DNA of 37,359 nt, taken from the NCBI GenBank assembly GCA_938045545.1, contig CALIBN010000030.1, positions 1 to 37,359 of the forward strand. The letters are read 5' to 3'. Below the pieces are notes generated by a model. It did no database searches, was not told where the DNA came from, and worked only from the letters and a program-made list of their open reading frames with translations. Each line of letters begins with the position of its first letter. Position 1 is the stretch's first letter. This stretch comes from an uncultured archaeon (GTDB lineage: Archaea; Thermoproteota; EX4484-205; JAAOZP01). Positions 9,130 to 17,649 of the stretch are shown here, in pieces. A program made the position numbers and the translations under genes.

Positions 9130-9576
9130 CTACCTTAAGGCTGTTGACTTAAGGTAATCCAGCCCAACTATCATCAGCAGAGATATTGTTAAAAGGATTA
9201 TTCCAAATATTATGATTGTGTTCTTCTGGGAAACGGACCTTGACCCCCTAACCAGCAGAATCGTTCCCATGCCTGCGAAAAGATAGGAGATAAGCATGTA
9301 AATCATCTCTAAGCCCGTTTGTGAAAGGTAGTCGCCCAATGCCCTGGGAATGTAGAAGTAGACGCCGTACCCGTAGGATGATAGATCTATCATCCACGGG
9401 ACTGCCTGAAAGTAAGTAATCACGTAGGTTGCTCCCGACAGGAACGCTCCTATGGCGATGGTTAAACCTATCAGGATGAGCATGTTTACAAATTCTCCTC
9501 CACGGATTACACCCGCCTTCTCGCTCCACTTCCTTATTTTCTCCATCAAGTATTCCGGCAACAGCAGTGGGTTCAT
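9130..9576 (-). CDS. 3-TM membrane protein resembling OST subunit DC2/OSTC (OST3/OST6 family C-terminal part)
   Basis: 148 aa with three hydrophobic helices; 'FLSGATY', 'Q..LE', 'GMG.ILL.R' and 'FG..L..IS.......K' parallel eukaryotic DC2; about 2.5 kb from aglB. Confidence 0.6.
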   Translation of the reverse strand: MNPLLLPEYLMEKIRKWSEKAGVIRGGEFVNMLILIGLTIAIGAFLSGATYVITYFQAVPWMIDLSSYGYGVYFYIPRALGDYLSQTGLEMIYMLISYLFAGMGTILLVRGSRSVSQKNTIIIFGIILLTISLLMIVGLDYLKSTALR

Positions 9577-9666
9577 ATACTTGGGTTTCTGGCTTGAAAT
9601 AGCGATTTAAGCATTTCCTTTCCACTTTAAAAAGGTTTTTAAACGGCTGAGGAGCTGGGGCTCCTG

Positions 9667-9954
9667 ATGAAAGCCAGTTCTGGAAAATGCATAGCCTGCG
9701 AGAGGAGCATTGAAACAGGGTCTGAACCGTCTTTCTGCAGGTTTCACCTGGAAACGTATAGAAGTATTGTGAGGAACTATGAAAACTGGAGGAACGCATA
9801 CGGTGATTTAACGCCAGAGGAGTTTCTCAAAAGGCTGGAGAACAATGATTATGCGGGTAAATGGGTTAAGGAGGTTGCGCGCGTCATGCTTTCAAACCGC
9901 GGGTTGCTCCAGTTTTTCCTGAACGATCTGTCTTACTCGGGCAGGAAGGGTTGA
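9667..9954 (+). CDS. Small hypothetical protein with CxxC...CxxH motif
   Basis: 95 aa ORF, TTTTTAAA about 30 bp upstream; CIAC...CRFH, GKWVKEVA. Confidence 0.6.
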   Translation: MKASSGKCIACERSIETGSEPSFCRFHLETYRSIVRNYENWRNAYGDLTPEEFLKRLENNDYAGKWVKEVARVMLSNRGLLQFFLNDLSYSGRKG

Positions 9955-12007
9955 CGCATAGAAGCCAAGGCCTCCCTCTAGTAATAACTCTCACCACAGG
10001 CCATCCGCAGATCTTGCAAGTCCTCTCGGTAACGTAAACCCTGCTAGGATTCTGAGGCAAGGGTATGGTGAGGCTGCATTTTTTCTCAAAAACATTCGTG
10101 CATATCCCAAACCTTTTGCCAGTCTTCCTTGAAACAATCATCCTGAGTTCTCCTTCTCTACATAAGGGACATTTCCCAAGAGTGTTCTTCCCCCTGAGTA
10201 TTGATATTATTGAGCTTGAAAGATGTTTACCAATATGCTCTTCGTTGGCCTCCACTTCCCTGAGTATTTCAGCCAACTCGGTTTTCGCCAAGCTTATAAC
10301 CTTCTCCTCATCGATAAGCCCCTTCTCTATCTTCTCCATATTGGCCTCAACTTCTCTAGTCATTTCAACAGAGAGAATCTTTGGTGAAAACCTGTTTAAG
10401 GCAGAAACTAGGCTAAACCCTAAATCGGTTACGACTATAGACCTGCCAGCTATATAGCCCCTCTTGTAGAGCGTCTCAACTATCTCCGCTCGAGTCGCCT
10501 TGGTTCCTATTCCAAGCCTCTCCATCTCCCTCACGAGGGAAGCTGGATTATAGCGGTGCGGAGGGTTTGTGAACCTCTCCTCAGAAATAATCCTTCGAAC
10601 AGACACGCGTTCACCCTCTTTAAGCTGAGGTATTATCCTCTCCTCGGGAGCATAGTAGGGCGAGTATACTTCCAACCATCCTTTCTTAACGATCTCGCTG
10701 CCCCTAAGGGTGAATCTTTCGCTCCCAAGCTTCAAAGAGACTCTGCAAACAGCCTTCTCCGCATCCTCGTCGAAAGCCGCTAGGAATCGCCTAGTCACTA
10801 AATCGAGTATTTTAAGCTGGTCGGTGCTTAAACCCGATTTCTGTTCCCCGGTGGGGTAGATGGCGGGATGCGCCGGGTCATCTTTCTCACCCTGCTTAGG
10901 CGTTAAAACATGTCTGGAAAGTATTTTTTCAACAGTCTTTGAGTAAGCAGGGTTTTCCGCAAGCTTTTCAAGTATTTCCCCGTAACCTATGTCCGGGGGC
11001 AGTTTCTGCGAGGATGTTCTAGGATATGAGATTAAAGCGTTCAAGTAAAGCGTCTCAGCAATGTTGAGCGTTCTTGAAGGGGTGAAGCCGAAAAAGCTGT
11101 AAGCCTCTCTTTGGAGGGTAGACAGGTCAAACGGCTCCGGGACGCTTACCTTCTCAATCTTCCTCTCAACCTTCTCAACCAGGGCTTGCTTAGAATCCGC
11201 TTTTTCAACGATTCTCCTCGCTTCTGCGAGACTGTTCACCCTGTCCTTCTCATGCGTAGCCTCATAGGTCTTACCGTTAATTATAATCTCCGCCTTTAAA
11301 ACCCAGTAGGGAGTGGGGATGAAGGTTTCTATGGCGATCTCTCTCTCAACAAGCAGGTTTAAAGTCGGTGTTTGAACTCTGCCAACGCTGAGGACATAGG
11401 GTGTTCTTACAAAACGCGTCACGGACCGTGTTAAAGCCCTAGAAAGGTTTATCCCGTATAGAAAGTCAACTATGTGGCGGGTCTCGCCTGCTTTCACCAG
11501 GCCCATGTCTAAACCGGGCTTCATTTTTCGAAAAGCCTCCCGAATCTCTTTCTTCGTCAACGTTGAAAGCTTCATCCTGAAAACCCTGTTCTCCTCCTCG
11601 GAGACCCTGTAGAGGAACCTTAGAACATTATATCCTATTAGGCTTCCCTCAATATCATAGTCGCATGCGTTGACATAGTAGTCCACACCGTTGCTCATAC
11701 CGCTCATCTCCTCAAGCCATTTCTCAAGCCTCCTGTTCTTCTCGACGATATGCTTCGGAACCCACTCGTAGTCGAAGACAGGATAGGATAGCCTATTCCT
11801 GTTTCTCGTCGTCAGCTCATACAGGTGGCCTAGGGCTGTTGTAACCAGTATCTCAGAATCCCCGTTTCTAACGAGGAAAGAGGGCACGACCCTGCCTATT
11901 CTCCGAGGCTTCGACTCGGGGTCTAAAGCCTCGGAAATCCTTCTCGCCGCCTCCGGCTTCTCAGCGATTATTAGATACTTAGACAAGGCTTCTACTCCCG
12001 TAGGCAA
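9884..12007 (-). CDS. topA: Type IA DNA topoisomerase (topo I/III) with C-terminal Zn ribbons
   Basis: IAEKP and DYDIEG Toprim motifs, GRVQTPTL, active-site ISYPRT, HPAIYPT, GIGTKATR. Confidence 0.95.
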   Translation of the reverse strand: MPTGVEALSKYLIIAEKPEAARRISEALDPESKPRRIGRVVPSFLVRNGDSEILVTTALGHLYELTTRNRNRLSYPVFDYEWVPKHIVEKNRRLEKWLEEMSGMSNGVDYYVNACDYDIEGSLIGYNVLRFLYRVSEEENRVFRMKLSTLTKKEIREAFRKMKPGLDMGLVKAGETRHIVDFLYGINLSRALTRSVTRFVRTPYVLSVGRVQTPTLNLLVEREIAIETFIPTPYWVLKAEIIINGKTYEATHEKDRVNSLAEARRIVEKADSKQALVEKVERKIEKVSVPEPFDLSTLQREAYSFFGFTPSRTLNIAETLYLNALISYPRTSSQKLPPDIGYGEILEKLAENPAYSKTVEKILSRHVLTPKQGEKDDPAHPAIYPTGEQKSGLSTDQLKILDLVTRRFLAAFDEDAEKAVCRVSLKLGSERFTLRGSEIVKKGWLEVYSPYYAPEERIIPQLKEGERVSVRRIISEERFTNPPHRYNPASLVREMERLGIGTKATRAEIVETLYKRGYIAGRSIVVTDLGFSLVSALNRFSPKILSVEMTREVEANMEKIEKGLIDEEKVISLAKTELAEILREVEANEEHIGKHLSSSIISILRGKNTLGKCPLCREGELRMIVSRKTGKRFGICTNVFEKKCSLTIPLPQNPSRVYVTERTCKICGWPVVRVITRGRPWLLCVNPSCPSKTDRSGKTGATRGLKA

Positions 12008-12111
12008 ATGTTTAAATCGCTTTTGCGCGCTCCGCTTTTAAAATTTTCACGTTTAAAATAGATTTTTATACTTCCTTCCGAGGCCGAAAATGAAGGGTAG
12101 ACGAGTAAAAA

Positions 12112-14688
12112 ATGATGAGGGTCAGGGAGGTCTTTGGAAAAGCCTCGAGAATCAGGCCCAGTATTAGCCTAGAATCCTACGTTAAAACATCCATGTTTAT
12201 CGCCATCATACTCATGTCTATAGCCATAAGGTTCCACAACCTCCCCCTCGGGTTCTACTTGGGTGAGTTCGACCCATTCTGGCATTACCGCAGCGCAGAA
12301 TACATAATGGAGAACGGTGTCCCCGCCTTCTTAGAATGGGTTGATCCCTTAAGCTGGTATCCCTATGGCAGGGCTGCTGCAGCATCCACGCCCATCGGCC
12401 TCCCCCTGGCGGCGGTAGCTATCCACGGTTTCCTTAACATGCTGGGTTTTTCACTCCCCCTGATGGATGTGGCGATAATCTTCCCGCCTTTCGTATCAGT
12501 GCTGGCTGTTGTCGCCATATTCTTCATGGGTAGAGAGGTTTCCGGCGACGACTGGGTCGGCCTGCTCGCGATGCTGCTCCTAGCTTTCAACGGAAGCTTC
12601 ATCGACAGGACGCACATGGGGTTTTTCAAGCACGAGAGCCTAGGCATACCGCTCATAGCGATCTCCGCATACCTCTATTTTAAAGCGGTCAAATCAGAGT
12701 CTTTAAACAGGGTAATAGTTTTCTCTGTGCTGTCGGGCTTGGTTCTAGGCTATCTCTGCATTTCTTGGACTGCTTACGTTTACATGATCGGGCTTGTTAC
12801 ATTGTTTTCAGTGCTCGTAGCGCTTTTCCTAGACGTTGGTTCGGCGGAGAGAACGTTAATCTCTTTCACGATAACCATAGGCCTCTCGATGCTTATTGCA
12901 GTCCAGTTTCCGAGACCCGGGGAGAGCGCCATATACTCCATATACTATATTGCGGTAATCGTAGGCTTCGTAATCATACTCCTAACGAAATACCTTAAAA
13001 GAGTGGAGTCGTCGCTGACACTCCCCATTTTAACAGGCTTCATCGCAATCGGTCTGTCTGCAACCCTCCTGCTTTTCAACACCGGCTTATTCTCCTCTCT
13101 TCTAGGCAAGCTCATGGCTGTGATAAATCCCTCAGCCCGTTTCGAGCAGCCAATAGTTGAGTCCGTGGCTGAACACAAGATGGGCACGTGGTATTCTCTT
13201 TTCCTAGACCACGGGCTCCTGCTATTATTATTCATGATTGGGACAGTTTTAAGTGTTCTGCGGGGCGACAGGCTTAGCAGGCTTTTCATCATATCGGCAG
13301 GGTTGAGCTCGCTCTACTTCGCGAACATGATGGTGAGAATAGGCCTAGTGTTCTCCCCGTTTGTCTCGCTCATAGCTGCAGTAGGCTGCTCGTCGCTCAT
13401 AGGCCTATCCTACCCTGCGGTTTCCGAAAGGATAAGAATGGGTAGGAGGGTCGCTACGCCCGGTAGAAGAAGCATCCTGGGGGTGATATTTGCATCTGTC
13501 TTAATACTCTACATGGGTTACCACGGTATTAACACGGGTATTGCACACATGCAGCAGGAGGGCGGCGCATCCCTCCCCACCTCTTCAATCCCATATCCAG
13601 GCTCCTTCCCAGACTGGATTGAAACGTTAACCTGGATACGGTATAATACTCCTCCAGGCTCAGTGGTTCTTTCATGGTGGGACTATGGCTACTGGATTAC
13701 CTCTCTGGGCAAGAGGCCGACCCTGATAGATAACGCGACGATAAACTCTACACAGGTTGCAGTTGTCGGGAGAATATTCATGTCCAACGATACTGTCGCA
13801 ATACCCATGTTGAGGAAATACAATGTTTCATACATCGTTGTTTTCACAACGCTTCCATTACATTGGTATATTGGAACATGGGGGGATGAGGCTAAGTGGA
13901 CATGGATGGCTGCCATAGGGTATGATTTAAGGCCTGTGAACGCGAGCTACGCGTGGATCTCAGACGACTATAGGAAAGGAGGATATGCCGACTTAAACCT
14001 CACCCGGGAGATGCAGAACACTAATCTGGTTTCAGGATATAATGTAAAATATCTTCCGGCGGGCGTAGTTCTGCCTAGAGGAGACTCGGTTCTTACGAGG
14101 CTCATGGTTAACGCATACATGCAGGCTATTAAGACTATGGGGATTTACCCGGTTGAAAAATTCCAGCTCTCCACCTCACCGTTCTACGAGCTGGTTTTCC
14201 TCTCTCCATCCTACGGGTTTGTATCCGTGTACAAGGTGAATTACAACGCATCCTACGGGGAGGAGTCGCTGGTCTTAGGCTCGTCCCCGGGCACGGTTTT
14301 GAGAAACTCTTCGAAGCTCTACCCCTTGCCGCTAATACCCGGTGTTAGCATGGTGGTGAACATTAAGAGTGTTCACGTGTCTGAGGGCACGGCTGAAGTG
14401 GGGAATGCTTCAATAGTTTTGAAGGCGAATGCTTCCCTGATAGTCAAGATAAACGGGGAGGTTGAGAAGACTTACCCTGCTTCCCCGGGAGAATACAGGC
14501 TCAATTATAGAGATGCCCTCCTCGAGATAATGGTTAATGGAACACTGGTTGAAACCCTTCCGCTGCCTGAGGACTTGAAAAGCATTGAAGCTGGATTCCT
14601 GCAATTTGCTGAAGGCGTTGAGGAAGGCAACATAACTAGCTATGCTTTCTCATACGTCGTGTACGAGGTTAGAGTAGAAGTTTCCTAA
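12112..14688 (+). CDS. aglB: Oligosaccharyltransferase AglB/STT3
   Basis: EFDP..HYR, WYPYGR, SVAEH, WWDYG, DNAT, DEAKWTWM (DK motif); many TM helices. Confidence 0.95.
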   Translation: MMRVREVFGKASRIRPSISLESYVKTSMFIAIILMSIAIRFHNLPLGFYLGEFDPFWHYRSAEYIMENGVPAFLEWVDPLSWYPYGRAAAASTPIGLPLAAVAIHGFLNMLGFSLPLMDVAIIFPPFVSVLAVVAIFFMGREVSGDDWVGLLAMLLLAFNGSFIDRTHMGFFKHESLGIPLIAISAYLYFKAVKSESLNRVIVFSVLSGLVLGYLCISWTAYVYMIGLVTLFSVLVALFLDVGSAERTLISFTITIGLSMLIAVQFPRPGESAIYSIYYIAVIVGFVIILLTKYLKRVESSLTLPILTGFIAIGLSATLLLFNTGLFSSLLGKLMAVINPSARFEQPIVESVAEHKMGTWYSLFLDHGLLLLLFMIGTVLSVLRGDRLSRLFIISAGLSSLYFANMMVRIGLVFSPFVSLIAAVGCSSLIGLSYPAVSERIRMGRRVATPGRRSILGVIFASVLILYMGYHGINTGIAHMQQEGGASLPTSSIPYPGSFPDWIETLTWIRYNTPPGSVVLSWWDYGYWITSLGKRPTLIDNATINSTQVAVVGRIFMSNDTVAIPMLRKYNVSYIVVFTTLPLHWYIGTWGDEAKWTWMAAIGYDLRPVNASYAWISDDYRKGGYADLNLTREMQNTNLVSGYNVKYLPAGVVLPRGDSVLTRLMVNAYMQAIKTMGIYPVEKFQLSTSPFYELVFLSPSYGFVSVYKVNYNASYGEESLVLGSSPGTVLRNSSKLYPLPLIPGVSMVVNIKSVHVSEGTAEVGNASIVLKANASLIVKINGEVEKTYPASPGEYRLNYRDALLEIMVNGTLVETLPLPEDLKSIEAGFLQFAEGVEEGNITSYAFSYVVYEVRVEVS

Positions 14689-14697
14689 CCGTCTAAG

Positions 14698-15525
14698 TCA
14701 GCTCACGTAATCCGGAAGCCTGAACGACTCAGCTATTCTACGCGCCCTCTCATCCTGCATTAACTGTCTAACCTTCTTCTCATACCTGCTTATTATCTCG
14801 TTTATCCTCTCCTCCTCGCGTTGAAAGTCTTCAATATCCAGTTTAAGATTCAGGAACCTGTTCAACACGTTTAAAACCTGCCTGGAGCCCTCGGCGTCTG
14901 GACGTATGCTGGTTGTTTCTCCCAGTATGCATACAGCGTCAATCCCCATTATGCTGCTTAATCCTAAAATTATTCCTGACAATCCGACCACGGGGGTTCC
15001 TATTTCAGCCTTCCTGCAACCCGCTTCTTCAAGCTTTTTCAAAAGCTGCTTGCTGCTTGCGAAGCCTATTGCCTTCTTAGATTCCGATGCGGAAACGTGG
15101 CCTCCAGCAGTAACTATCAGCCTAACTCTCCGTTTAACCAGGAATTTCAACATTTTCATGGCAACGTCATACTCTCCCCAGATGTTTTCCAAGTGCTCGT
15201 CGGCTGTGACTACGAGGAGGTCGGAGCCGTTAAACTTGCTTTCACTCTTGTATATTTTCACCGCTGTGATTCTTGCCACGCCGTTTTTACCCACTATCAC
15301 CTGGTTGCTGAAATATGGGGATGTAACTATGCCTATGAGCCTTGTATTAAGCTTCCTTATCAGGTATCTCGATATTATTCCACCGATCCTACCTAGTCCA
15401 GGTAGTCCTATTATGACAACCGGGTTTTCAATCATAGTATTCCTCCTAACCCAGACCCTCGTCTCCATAAGCGGCATGTCTTTCACGTAAATTCTTGTCC
15501 ATTGCTTCTCAGACATCGTTTCCAC
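14698..15525 (-). CDS. PAC2-family proteasome assembly chaperone
   Basis: IIGLPGLGRIG, TAGG, VVGLSG, CILGET...PD; conserved position next to nop10. Confidence 0.85.
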   Translation of the reverse strand: METMSEKQWTRIYVKDMPLMETRVWVRRNTMIENPVVIIGLPGLGRIGGIISRYLIRKLNTRLIGIVTSPYFSNQVIVGKNGVARITAVKIYKSESKFNGSDLLVVTADEHLENIWGEYDVAMKMLKFLVKRRVRLIVTAGGHVSASESKKAIGFASSKQLLKKLEEAGCRKAEIGTPVVGLSGIILGLSSIMGIDAVCILGETTSIRPDAEGSRQVLNVLNRFLNLKLDIEDFQREEERINEIISRYEKKVRQLMQDERARRIAESFRLPDYVS

Positions 15526-15634
15526 TACTTCTGCTTAAAGTTGCTTAATAAATCTAAAGCTTGGCGACGCTCAGAGGAACGGAGGTTTACCGTTTAAACA
15601 CGCATGTTCCTAGGGATGCTTAGCTTTAAAAACG

Positions 15635-15642
15635 CTTATAAT
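15635..15642 (+). promoter_or_regulatory. TATA box for nop10
   Basis: AAAAACG-CTTATAAT, 27-33 bp upstream of ATG 15662/15668. Confidence 0.55.
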
Positions 15643-15661
15643 GTCACACTCTTGACTGATA

Positions 15662-15844
15662 ATGGTAATGGCGGCTAAGAAACTCCGTAAATGCCCAAGA
15701 TGCAAGAAGTACATGCTTGAAGAGGTTTGTAAGAAATGTGGTGTTCATACTCTTAGCCCCCACCCCCCTAAGTTCTCCCTTGAGGACCCCTTCCTAGAGT
15801 ATAAGGCTAGAGCACTGTTGGAAGCCTTGAAAGCATCCAGCTAG
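15662..15844 (+). CDS. nop10: H/ACA RNP protein Nop10
   Basis: LRKCPRC..Y.L...C..CG......HPPKFS.EDP. Confidence 0.92.
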   Translation: MVMAAKKLRKCPRCKKYMLEEVCKKCGVHTLSPHPPKFSLEDPFLEYKARALLEALKASS

Positions 15845-15860
15845 TGCACTTGAAAAATCA

Positions 15861-16631
15861 TCAAGTTTTCTCAAGAGTCTTCAGAATTCCTCCCTCTCTC
15901 GCTGCGATTTCACTCAGCCTTGCTGCAATCTCGTCCGACAATTTCTTAATCTTCTTAGGCTCGCTGGAGGAAAGCGTTATAGAGTATCTTGGGGCGGCGA
16001 TCACCTTAACCTCCACCGTAACGTCTCTAGTCCCCATTTTTTCAACCTCTCCAAAAACCGTCTTCAACTTTTTTAAGCCATGTTTATCGATAAAGTATAG
16101 TCTCACCAGCATTTTCTTCTTAACCTTCTTTTTAATAAGCTCCTTGGCGGCAAGCTCATATATCGCGTCCCTAGCGTCGCCGCTAATTTTCGTTCTGGCT
16201 AAAGTGTTCTCACCCTCCATGATCGCTATTCTAAGCGCCTCAGTCAGGCTGCCGTATTTCTCGACAAGCCTCTCCTTAGTATCCTCTAAAACATCGTTGG
16301 GTAGTGAGAACCTCGCCGCAACCTGGTTGAAAATCTCAACAGCCTTTTTCTCCGCTCTCCACTTCCGCATGACTGAACGTGCTTCCGCCTTGTTAAGCTG
16401 CTTCAGCGATACGAAAACTCTTTCACCACTCCTGCTTATTTTTATGACTCTCACGACTATCATTTGACCGATCTTAAAGTCCTGCATGCTTCTCTCCTTA
16501 GGGATTTCTGAAACATGGAGGAAAACCTCCCTGTCTTTAATGTCCTCGTTTTCAAGAAGCAGGCCGAAATCAGTTATTTCCTTAACCCTGCAGACAAGCA
16601 GATCCCCTGCTGAAACTGTTTCACCCGGCAT
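15861..16631 (-). CDS. eif2a: Translation initiation factor aIF-2 alpha
   Basis: N-terminal S1 domain (GDLLVCRV, LHVSEI, VSLK) and AAPRY; synteny with S27e and nop10. Confidence 0.85.
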   Translation of the reverse strand: MPGETVSAGDLLVCRVKEITDFGLLLENEDIKDREVFLHVSEIPKERSMQDFKIGQMIVVRVIKISRSGERVFVSLKQLNKAEARSVMRKWRAEKKAVEIFNQVAARFSLPNDVLEDTKERLVEKYGSLTEALRIAIMEGENTLARTKISGDARDAIYELAAKELIKKKVKKKMLVRLYFIDKHGLKKLKTVFGEVEKMGTRDVTVEVKVIAAPRYSITLSSSEPKKIKKLSDEIAARLSEIAAREGGILKTLEKT

Positions 16632-16632
16632 T

Positions 16633-16821
16633 CTAACTGTAAACCTCTATTATCTCCCCGAAAACCTTGCCTTTTCCACCTGTGCTTTTAACTATTGTTT
16701 TACCGCAGACTCTGCACTTGATGTTTGACGCTGGTCTTTCGAAAACTATTTGCTCGTTTTCACACTGGCTGCACTTAACCTTCAGGAAACGAGACCTTGG
16801 CTTAAACAGCAGCCTCTCCAT
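16633..16821 (-). CDS. rps27e: 30S ribosomal protein S27e
   Basis: PRSRFLKVKC..C.NEQIVF...C..CG...TGGK. Confidence 0.95.
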   Translation of the reverse strand: MERLLFKPRSRFLKVKCSQCENEQIVFERPASNIKCRVCGKTIVKSTGGKGKVFGEIIEVYS

Positions 16822-16822
16822 T

Positions 16823-17101
16823 TCACCTAACCACCTCCAGCTTCTTGATCCTTATTCCTCTCTTCTGGACAACATAGCCGCATTTAGAGCATTTCAGCTT
16901 TAAAGTCTGTTTTTTAGTCGTTTTAACGGGTTTCGCCAGAGGAGCCTTCTGCCCCCCGTAGCCGTGTCTGTCAACCCTTTCATGATGCCTTTCCCCAGCA
17001 GCCATCTTCCTTCTTTTGCCTGTTTTCAGAAGGCTGACAGAGTGCTCAGTATACTGACGGCACTTAGGACAGTATGTGTTTATCTTATTAGGGATCTTCA
17101 T
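16823..17101 (-). CDS. rpl44e: 50S ribosomal protein L44e
   Basis: MKIP...TYCPKC..YTEH, GYGGQ, KTTKK..LKLKC..C; real start ATG 17101. Confidence 0.95.
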   Translation of the reverse strand: MKIPNKINTYCPKCRQYTEHSVSLLKTGKRRKMAAGERHHERVDRHGYGGQKAPLAKPVKTTKKQTLKLKCSKCGYVVQKRGIRIKKLEVVR

Positions 17102-17121
17102 GCGTCTGCGTGCTGGGAGCC

Positions 17122-17649
17122 TTAAGTTATAAAGATTTCTTCTATTATGCCCTTCTCCTCCAGAAGCCTGGCTACATAGTAAGGTATGTTCACTAGGCAC
17201 CCGGCTGGGTAGGGCCCGTACTCCCTCCCGTCTTCCCCCACGAACCTGTCAATATTCTTTAAAACTATTGCTAGTGCCTTCTTATCCATGTTTTTAAAAG
17301 ACTGTGAAACGAAGCGTCTCAAGTCGAATTCCTCAGGGGCTGCGGTTAAAAACTTTGAAAGGCTGTTCAAATCCTGTCTCGCCATTTTTTCAAGGCTTTT
17401 AACGTTCAGCAACAGGCTTTTCATCAAACGTGTTTTAACAGCGTCTTCAAGAATGCTTTTAACAGCGCCATAATACCATTCCAACACCCCTCTCTTAATA
17501 GAAGTCTTATCGACCAGTTGAAGCTCACTTCTTATTGACGACAGAAGCTCTGTTAAAGACTCAATATCAGGGCTCGGGTAATCCTGCCTCTCCCTGTTCA
17601 ACCTCCAGGATTCCACCAGTTTCTTCAAAAAGATGCTATCTTCCGGCAT
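17122..17649 (-). CDS. GINS subunit (Gins51/Gins15-like)
   Basis: C-terminal B domain 'LKNIDRFVGEDGREYGPY..G.LVNIP...A..L...G'; follows priS. Confidence 0.75.
   Translation of the reverse strand: MPEDSIFLKKLVESWRLNRERQDYPSPDIESLTELLSSIRSELQLVDKTSIKRGVLEWYYGAVKSILEDAVKTRLMKSLLLNVKSLEKMARQDLNSLSKFLTAAPEEFDLRRFVSQSFKNMDKKALAIVLKNIDRFVGEDGREYGPYPAGCLVNIPYYVARLLEEKGIIEEIFIT

Noticed and set aside
14906-15490. Long antisense ORFs (e.g. 14906-15490, 9248-9799, 15844-16467, 36134-36739)
   Set aside because: They overlap confidently identified genes, mostly on the opposite strand, and have no motifs of their own.
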